Source: Methanobacteriota archaeon (GTDB lineage: Archaea > Thermoplasmatota > Poseidoniia > Poseidoniales > Thalassarchaeaceae). Taken from it: a DNA stretch of 64,000 nt. A model generated the notes under the pieces. That model did no database searches, was not told the DNA's origin, and worked only from the letters and a program-made list of their open reading frames with translations. The stretch spans positions 34,600 to 98,599 of the forward strand of contig JABIKU010000017.1 in NCBI GenBank assembly GCA_018654845.1. Direction: 5' to 3'. Below are positions 56,016 through 64,000 of this stretch, piece after piece (positions within the stretch are counted from its first letter, which is position 1; the number at the start of each line of letters is the position of its first letter). A program made the translations under genes and the position numbers.

Positions 56016-57155
56016 ATGCCTCGCCTTGGCTTGCTTGTCAATCCTGATGCTGGCTTGGGTGGCCGACTCGGACTCAAAGGCTCGGATGGACAGGCCGAAT
56101 ACGCTCGCTCTCAAGGTGCTAAAGATCGTGCTGGTCCGCGAGTTCGCGATGCTTTGGCATACTTTTCTCGATTACATTCAAATTTCTCCGCACTTGAATG
56201 GCTAACTTCCAGCGGACGGATGGGAAGTGAATGGATAGATTCTGAAATAGGTAGCATCTCAACAGTTCACACATCTTCTGGCTTGACAACAGCTGAAGAC
56301 ACCGCCGGGCTGGTCACACAACTTCTCGAATCAGGCATTGATCTGTTAGTTTACGGTGGTGGTGACGGCACCACACGCGATATTGTTGCGGCTTTGGCTG
56401 CAGCCGACCGTTCCGACTTACCAATCATCGGTGTACCGTGTGGAGTCAAGATGCATTCCGGATGTTTTGCAGCATCTCCCAGGGCGGCAGCAGAGGTACT
56501 CTCTGCTTGGTTGAGTGGAGATTTGTTGGTAGCGAGTACCGAGGTTTTGGATCTGGATGAGGAGGTTTATCGTCAAGGTAAGTGGGTTGTTCGACTCTAT
56601 GCTGAGGCGATTACTCCAGCTAGTCCGCGATGGATGCAGGGCGCGAAACAACGCGTCGAAACTGCGGGAGAAGAAGAGGTTCTCGAGGGCCTCGCTGACC
56701 ACATTCGCGAGTTGCTCATGGACAAAGATAGACTGCTCATCTGGGGTTCGGGAGGAACGCTGCGAACTATCGGAAATCAGGTTGGGATTGCCCCGACATT
56801 GCTTGGAATTGATGCTAGCATCGGCGGCGAGCAGGTCGGGACTGATCTGAATGAATCCGATCTGCTCAAGTTGCTTGCCGGCCATGACGGGCCGGTAACT
56901 CTCCTCCTCTCTCCGATGGGCGGGCAGGGCTTCTTGATTGGTCGCGGCAATTTGCAACTTTCTCCTGCTGTGCTTCGAGCTGTCGGAATTGACGATGTAC
57001 TGGGTGTTTGCACGCCAGCGAAGTTGTTGACTGTACGACGATTGCGAATCGAGACCGGTGATAATGAACTTGATGCAGAGTTTGCCGCCAAGCGCTATCT
57101 CAAGGTATTACAAGGATTTAGGACGACTAGAGTTCTTCCAATCGTAGTTGACTGA
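56016..57155 (+). CDS. ATP-NAD kinase-like protein (COG3199 / AcoX-like predicted NAD or lipid kinase fold)
   Basis: It has an N-terminal LLVNPDAGLGGRLGLKG and the GGDGTTRD motif of the NAD kinase/diacylglycerol kinase superfamily. Confidence 0.65.
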   Translation: MPRLGLLVNPDAGLGGRLGLKGSDGQAEYARSQGAKDRAGPRVRDALAYFSRLHSNFSALEWLTSSGRMGSEWIDSEIGSISTVHTSSGLTTAEDTAGLVTQLLESGIDLLVYGGGDGTTRDIVAALAAADRSDLPIIGVPCGVKMHSGCFAASPRAAAEVLSAWLSGDLLVASTEVLDLDEEVYRQGKWVVRLYAEAITPASPRWMQGAKQRVETAGEEEVLEGLADHIRELLMDKDRLLIWGSGGTLRTIGNQVGIAPTLLGIDASIGGEQVGTDLNESDLLKLLAGHDGPVTLLLSPMGGQGFLIGRGNLQLSPAVLRAVGIDDVLGVCTPAKLLTVRRLRIETGDNELDAEFAAKRYLKVLQGFRTTRVLPIVVD

Positions 57156-57158
57156 TGT

Positions 57159-58859
<1,701 letters not shown>

Positions 58860-58947
58860 TCAGCAATAATGTGACGCGATTCAAAAACTTCTCTCTTTTT
58901 TGAACAATTTATCTCGTAAATCTAAGTATCGTCTGACTTCCGAGGGC

Positions 58948-59913
58948 ATGATGGTGGTTGCTGCGGGGAATCGAATCTTGGTTACCGGCGCTTTAGGGCA
59001 GATTGGAACAGAATTAGTCGAGGCACTGCGCGCTCGGTTCGGGACAGATACGGTAGTCGCCAGCGATGTCCGCGATTTGCCCAATCATCCAGTTGTTATC
59101 GATGGTCCTTACCGTCATCTAAGTGTGATCGATGCCGATGCATTCGATACAGTAATCGTTGAGGAAAACATCGGATTGGTCTACCATCTGGCTGCTTTGT
59201 TGAGTGCTACTGCAGAGAAAAATCCAGAGTTAGCTGAGAGAATTAATATTGGCGGTTTAGTGACCGTTCTTGAGGCGGCTCGTAAGCACCATTTACGAGT
59301 TTATGCACCATCTTCAATTGCTGTTTTCGGACCGGATTCTCCTAATCATGCACCTCAGGTTGCACCATTGAATCCGACTACCGTTTATGGACGTACAAAA
59401 GTGACTGGAGAGCGATTAGCGATGAATTATTGGAGACAATATGGTGTCGATATACGTGGAATTCGTTATCCTGGTCTGATTTCCTACAAGGCTCCGGCCG
59501 GTGGTGGTACGACAGATTACGCCGTCGATATATTCCACGCTGCACTCAAGGATGGACACTACGATTGTTTCGTTCGTGCAGACACACGTCTTCCGATGAT
59601 GTACATGGATGATGCGATACGTGCGACGATTTCACTTATGGATGCGCCCGCTGAGAGTCTTGGTGAATCGCGGGCGGGATACAATGTTGCAGGTATTTCG
59701 TTCACCGCCGCCGAATTAGCTGATGCAGTGGCAGCCCGTGTTCCCGATTTCACTTGTGACTTCAAACCGGATGTTCGGCAGGGATATGCTGACTCTTGGC
59801 CAGATTCAATTGATGATGAGTTGGCTAGGCAAGAGTGGGGTTGGCGAGCCGAGTATGACCTTGATGCACTCTGCGATGCTATGATTACTGGCATTCAATT
59901 ATCATCGATTTGA
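58948..59913 (+). CDS. tdh: NAD-dependent epimerase/dehydratase-fold protein, probably SDR-type L-threonine 3-dehydrogenase
   Basis: It has the Rossmann motif ILVTGALGQIGTEL and the YGRTK catalytic motif. The overall pattern resembles UDP-glucose-4-epimerase-like threonine dehydrogenases. The substrate call is tentative. ATG 58948 was chosen; the ORF track begins at 58900. Confidence 0.65.
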   Translation: MMVVAAGNRILVTGALGQIGTELVEALRARFGTDTVVASDVRDLPNHPVVIDGPYRHLSVIDADAFDTVIVEENIGLVYHLAALLSATAEKNPELAERINIGGLVTVLEAARKHHLRVYAPSSIAVFGPDSPNHAPQVAPLNPTTVYGRTKVTGERLAMNYWRQYGVDIRGIRYPGLISYKAPAGGGTTDYAVDIFHAALKDGHYDCFVRADTRLPMMYMDDAIRATISLMDAPAESLGESRAGYNVAGISFTAAELADAVAARVPDFTCDFKPDVRQGYADSWPDSIDDELARQEWGWRAEYDLDALCDAMITGIQLSSI

Positions 59914-61505
59914 TTCGACCAATCTGGTGTTTGTGGACCCTGTTTTGCCCAAAGAACATCATCGATTCTGAGGATTGAGATAGCTGCTGTTGTCGCTCCA
60001 GAAATTGCATGACTTGCGACGAATAATGGGTCGATGATGCCCATTTTATCCATCCTTGTTACAGCTCCTTTGGTTCCGTCAATACCTATCCAAGCACCGT
60101 TGTCTTGATCATTTGCTTGGGCTGCTGAAAGTGCAAGAATTTCGTCGATCGGATCTCTCCCAGCATTTTGTGCGAGAGTTCGAGGGACGATTTCTAATGC
60201 GGCCGCGAATGCTTCAATCGCCATTTGTTCGCGGCCAGATTGTGTTGTTGCAAAAGATCGAAGGTGTCTTGCAAGATGGGTTTGTGTTGCTCCACCTCCC
60301 GGCAATATTCTTGGATCTAGGTTGAGCCGGTGAGCAACACCTAATGCGTCGTCGAATGCTCTACTAACCTCTTCACGTATTTCAGGAGTTGTACCTTTCA
60401 AAAGGACGGTCATAGCCCCTCCTTTGTCAGCTTCAATTCGAGTGTATTTGACACTTCCAATCACCCTCTCGCTTCGTTTTGTATAGACGCCAACATCGTC
60501 TGCAGTCATACGCTTTGTATCGCGGGCCATCTTTGCTCCAGTCATTCGAGCGAGCCGCTCTAAATCCTCTCGCTCGAAGCGGCGATAAGCGGTAATTCCT
60601 GCCGCTGTTAACATTGGCATAACCTCATCTGCGATTCCGTCACGAACTACAAGTAATTCGATATTTAATTCAGAGAGTTGATCAACCATTAATCGAAGAT
60701 TTTCTTCATCCCGTTCGTGAAATCCTCGTAAGACATCAGCGCTGTGAACCTCAATTTGTGCATCGAATTCGAGCTTTGCAACTTCGAGTGGCCCATCGAT
60801 GATAGCAATTTTTCCACCATTGCTCTCCGCATCTGAAGAGATCTCAGTTCGAGTTTTTGCGATGAATAGACCAGGAACTAATTCGCTTTCTAATGCTGTG
60901 CCATCTGAGATTTGTAACCGCTTTATACGCAACCTCTCGAGATCTTCACCACCATCTTCTCCAATCAGAGTTGTTGCTGCTTCAATTGCCAAATCAGCCA
61001 AGTGTTGAACGATTTTGGTATCGATTTTTCCTGCTAGAGATGTCGAGACGACCGCACGGCGTTCAGTATCATTCTTTGGAGTGCGAGCCAATCGATTCAA
61101 TTCAGTAATCGCTTCTTCGTTTGCAATTTGAAAACCCTTCACGATTATTGTGGGATGAACGCCAGATCGGACCAATTCGAGTGCATTTTGTAGCATCTCT
61201 GCCATCAAAATCACAGTCGTCGTTGTTCCATCACGAGCATCCCTATCCTGTGCGCTAGATGTTGCAATCAACAAATTAGCCGTTGGATGCTCGACCTTTG
61301 CAGTCTCTAAAACCGTCACGCCATCATTAGTTACAACGACTTCCCCCGAATCATCGACGAGCATTTTGTCCATTCCGCGTGGTCCGAGTGTTGATCTGAC
61401 CGCACCGGATAATGCGACCGCGGCAGCGACGTTTCGAACCAAAGCCGTATGGCCTTGAACTCGGTCCGTGTCTTCCAAAGCCACATCGTGGTCGGCTTCA
61501 CTCAT
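59895..61505 (-). CDS. ths: Thermosome subunit (group II chaperonin), divergent paralogue
   Basis: It has LGPRGMDKML, ITNDG-type VVTNDGVTVL, DGTTTT and PGGGATQ. Start at ATG 61505 (MSEADH...). The longer ORF-track start at 61559 would lie only 7 nt from the putative TATA-like motif. Confidence 0.88.
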   Translation of the reverse strand: MSEADHDVALEDTDRVQGHTALVRNVAAAVALSGAVRSTLGPRGMDKMLVDDSGEVVVTNDGVTVLETAKVEHPTANLLIATSSAQDRDARDGTTTTVILMAEMLQNALELVRSGVHPTIIVKGFQIANEEAITELNRLARTPKNDTERRAVVSTSLAGKIDTKIVQHLADLAIEAATTLIGEDGGEDLERLRIKRLQISDGTALESELVPGLFIAKTRTEISSDAESNGGKIAIIDGPLEVAKLEFDAQIEVHSADVLRGFHERDEENLRLMVDQLSELNIELLVVRDGIADEVMPMLTAAGITAYRRFEREDLERLARMTGAKMARDTKRMTADDVGVYTKRSERVIGSVKYTRIEADKGGAMTVLLKGTTPEIREEVSRAFDDALGVAHRLNLDPRILPGGGATQTHLARHLRSFATTQSGREQMAIEAFAAALEIVPRTLAQNAGRDPIDEILALSAAQANDQDNGAWIGIDGTKGAVTRMDKMGIIDPLFVASHAISGATTAAISILRIDDVLWAKQGPQTPDWSNQIDDN

Positions 61506-61565
61506 GCAAACCGGCCGACCAACCAGCCTGATTTGAAACCGTTCATCATCAAATTTCATCCAATT

Positions 61566-61573
61566 CCATATAT
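61566..61573 (-). promoter_or_regulatory. ATATATGG motif (read on the minus strand), putative TATA-like promoter element of the thermosome gene
   Basis: The plus strand reads CCATATAT followed by TTTTT. It lies 61 nt upstream of ATG 61505. The identical 8-mer occurs in the opposite orientation at 61657-61664. Confidence 0.35.
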
Positions 61574-61656
61574 TTTTTCATTTTAAGACTTCGAAAAATA
61601 GCAAAACCGAGCCACTGAAGTAATACAAATTCAGAATAATAGATTCCGTGAGGTTC

Positions 61657-61664
61657 ATATATGG
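61657..61664 (+). promoter_or_regulatory. ATATATGG motif, putative TATA-like promoter element of the HSP20-like/dnaK transcription unit
   Basis: It lies 45 nt upstream of ATG 61709 and is the mirror copy of 61566-61573. Confidence 0.35.
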
Positions 61665-61708
61665 CTGGCGAGCCCGTCTATACAACCTCAAGTTGAGTAG
61701 TGGTGTAA

Positions 61709-62308
61709 ATGACTGAATCTGGCGGCGATGATTGGGAGGACCAAATCCTAGAGGAAATGGCCAAAATGTTCAGTGATATGGGCATGCCAATTGATGTCAA
61801 ACTGCTCCAACAGATGATGGAACAGATTCGTGAGCAGTTTGAGAAAATGGGAATTGATACTGAAAAACTCGCAAATACAGAAATGCGGTTCGATGTGAAC
61901 AGTGACCCAGAAGAATTACGCAAGCAAATGGAAGCTATGATGAATGGCCCAGATGGATTCGCGAATTTATTCAAAAACATGGGGATCGACATTAAAGTCG
62001 ACAGAGAAGTGAATGTCGTCGAAGCAGAAGTAGAGGAAGAAGATGAAGAAAAAATGCTTCCTTGCGATGATATTTATGTCCACGAAGACAGATTGTATGT
62101 TACTATTGATATTACTCGCCAAGCCGGATTGAACGAATCTGAATTGGAATTAAATTTGAGTGACGGTGGTACCATTGTTCAATTGATGAAGAAAACGCAA
62201 CTTCATCCATTCAGGCGATTTGATTTGCCACAAAAAGCGTCAGAAATTGTCGAGTGGAACCTAAATAACGGCATTCTCGATATCACATTCGAACTCAGAA
62301 ATGAGTAA
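61709..62308 (+). CDS. HSP20-fold (alpha-crystallin/CS-like) protein with Met-rich N-terminal region
   Basis: The C-terminal approx. 80 aa follow the ACD pattern ([49 protein letters not shown]). The N-terminal 96 aa contain 13 Met. It lies 23 nt upstream of dnaK. Confidence 0.65.
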   Translation: MTESGGDDWEDQILEEMAKMFSDMGMPIDVKLLQQMMEQIREQFEKMGIDTEKLANTEMRFDVNSDPEELRKQMEAMMNGPDGFANLFKNMGIDIKVDREVNVVEAEVEEEDEEKMLPCDDIYVHEDRLYVTIDITRQAGLNESELELNLSDGGTIVQLMKKTQLHPFRRFDLPQKASEIVEWNLNNGILDITFELRNE

Positions 62309-62331
62309 GAGAAAATAAGGAGATAAAAAAA

Positions 62332-64000
62332 ATGAGTACACCAGTAATTGGAATAGATCTTGGAACGACAAATAGCTGTGTAGCTACACTGGAAGGTGGC
62401 CAAGCAGTGGTAATCGCTAACTCGGAGGGTTCGCGTACGACCCCGTCCGTGGTTGCTTTTGCAAAGGATGGAGAACGATTGGTCGGCGTGACTGCTAAGC
62501 GTCAAGCCGTGACTAATTCAGCTCGAACGATTCTTTCTGTCAAGAGAGAAATGGGGACGGATTGGACTCAAAAAATTGACAAAAAGAAGTACACGCCTCA
62601 AGAGATCTCTGCATTTATTTTGCAGAAGTTGAAGACGGATGCTGAGGCGTACCTCGGACAAGAGGTCAAGCAAGCAGTCATTACCTGTCCGGCTTACTTC
62701 AGCGATGCACAGCGAAAAGCGACTCAAGATGCTGGGCGCATCGCTGGATTAGAAGTTCTTCGAATCATTAACGAGCCGACCGCCGCTGCGCTTGCGTACG
62801 GTGTTGACAAGGATGATGATCAGACGATTCTCGTCTACGATCTCGGTGGTGGAACATTCGATGTTTCCGTTCTCGAGATTTACCAGGTTGATGGTCAACC
62901 ACAAATAGAAGTCAAGGCCACTAGTGGTGATAATCGCCTTGGTGGTGATGACTTCGATGCAGTTGTAGTCGATTGGATTCTCGCTGAATTCAAGAAGTCT
63001 TCAGGAATTGATTTGTCTAAGGATTTGCAAGCGATGAGCCGCCTTCGAGAGGCTGCTGAAAAGGCAAAAATCGAGTTATCAGGAACCAATACCTCGCAAA
63101 TTAATCTTCCATTTATTACTATGGTCGATGGGCAACCTGAGCATTTGGACTTGTCTCTTTCAAGAGCTAAATTTGAAGATTTAATTTCTGATTTAATAGA
63201 ACGCACAATGGGTCCAACTCGTCAGGCATTGAAAGATGCAGGTCTTGGTAAGGGTGGTGTCGACAAGGTTCTCCTCGTCGGTGGTTCAACTCGTGTACCT
63301 GCTGTTCAGGAAGCAATTGAAAAGGAAGCTGGCAAGGCTCCATTCAAGGGAATTAATCCTGATGAAGCAGTCGCTGTCGGTGCTGCTCTCCAAGCTGGAA
63401 TCATCATCGGTGATGAAGGTGTCACCGATGTTTTGCTTCTCGATGTTACTCCACTAACTCTTGGAATAGAGACACTTGGTGGCATAACGACGACAATGAT
63501 TGAGCGCAACACGACGATTCCGTCACGACGCTCAGAAACTTTTTCGACCGCATCAGATAATCAACCAGCGGTCGAAGTACATGTCTTACAAGGCGAGCGT
63601 GAGTTTGCGAACGACAATATCACGCTCGGTCGATTCCACTTGATGGGAATCCCTCCTGCACCTCGTGGACTACCTCAAATTGAGGTAACTTTCGATATTG
63701 ATGCAAATGGAATAGTCAGTGTTTCCGCTAAGGACTTGGGAACTGGAACCGAGCAATCGATCAAGATCGAGAGCCAAACTTCCCTTAGTGAAGAAGATAT
63801 TAAGCAAAAGATTGCTGATGCAGAAAACTTCGCAGAAGGCGACAAGCGTCGAAAGGCTCGTGTCGAACTTCGCAACACTGCTGATGGGATCGTTTACCAA
63901 ACCCGCCGAACCGTTGAGGAAACTAAGGACAAGTTATCTGAAGATGTTATCGAGCCGGTTTTGGAGAAGTTGAAGGAACTCGAATCGATGATTATTCGTG
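62332..64000 (+). CDS. dnaK: Molecular chaperone DnaK (Hsp70), 3'-truncated by the window end
   Basis: It is not in the ORF track because it has no stop in the window. My translation gives [18 protein letters not shown]..., [21 protein letters not shown] and [19 protein letters not shown] lies 9 nt upstream of the ATG. Confidence 0.95.
   Translation, partial: MSTPVIGIDLGTTNSCVATLEGGQAVVIANSEGSRTTPSVVAFAKDGERLVGVTAKRQAVTNSARTILSVKREMGTDWTQKIDKKKYTPQEISAFILQKLKTDAEAYLGQEVKQAVITCPAYFSDAQRKATQDAGRIAGLEVLRIINEPTAAALAYGVDKDDDQTILVYDLGGGTFDVSVLEIYQVDGQPQIEVKATSGDNRLGGDDFDAVVVDWILAEFKKSSGIDLSKDLQAMSRLREAAEKAKIELSGTNTSQINLPFITMVDGQPEHLDLSLSRAKFEDLISDLIERTMGPTRQALKDAGLGKGGVDKVLLVGGSTRVPAVQEAIEKEAGKAPFKGINPDEAVAVGAALQAGIIIGDEGVTDVLLLDVTPLTLGIETLGGITTTMIERNTTIPSRRSETFSTASDNQPAVEVHVLQGEREFANDNITLGRFHLMGIPPAPRGLPQIEVTFDIDANGIVSVSAKDLGTGTEQSIKIESQTSLSEEDIKQKIADAENFAEGDKRRKARVELRNTADGIVYQTRRTVEETKDKLSEDVIEPVLEKLKELESMIIR

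Noticed and set aside
59895-59913. The 19-nt convergent overlap of the tdh and thermosome 3' ends, considered as a possible regulatory feature.
   Set aside because: Short convergent overlaps are common in compact genomes, and no structure or motif was seen there.

Overview
The window is a gene-dense (roughly 90% coding) chromosomal segment of an archaeon. Archaeal markers are a thermosome, Cdc48/VCP, an Hjc resolvase, the MC1 chromatin protein, a Dim2-like KH protein, a Sec11-type signal peptidase, a presenilin-type protease and an Ncs6/TtuA thiolase. These sit beside many bacterial-looking heterotrophy genes: a methylcrotonyl-CoA carboxylase/leucine cluster, a type-B succinate dehydrogenase, an NAD-type formate dehydrogenase, DnaK, TrhO and a ThrRS with the HxxxH N-terminal editing-domain motif. 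Together with about 45% GC by eye and acidic surface proteins carrying thrombospondin-type-3-like repeats, this fits an uncultivated marine Thermoplasmatota-like (Marine Group II/III-like) lineage. That placement is inference only. I saw no rRNA, tRNA, CRISPR array, transposase or integrase. Intergenic regions were checked by eye only. About 58 CDS are called. Many ORF-track starts were trimmed to internal ATGs, using overlap with neighbours, GGAGG-like ribosome-binding sites and family-typical N-termini. Loci worth follow-up are listed below. All functional calls rest on motif recognition by eye, because no searches were run.
- cdc48 is tightly coupled to a PRC-barrel gene. It is followed by a DUF4350-like/DUF58/polytopic-membrane triad with no MoxR ATPase in the window.
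- A heat-shock divergon places a Met-rich HSP20-fold protein in the slot just upstream of dnaK, opposite a thermosome with an altered GDGTT motif.
- A 4-TM protein is translationally coupled to an enlarged signal peptidase.
- A four-gene plus-strand block encodes a sugar kinase, a sequon-rich anchored surface protein, a membrane helical-repeat protein and a TSP3-repeat lipoprotein hydrolase.
- A 39-codon zinc-ribbon ORF lies below the ORF-track cut-off.
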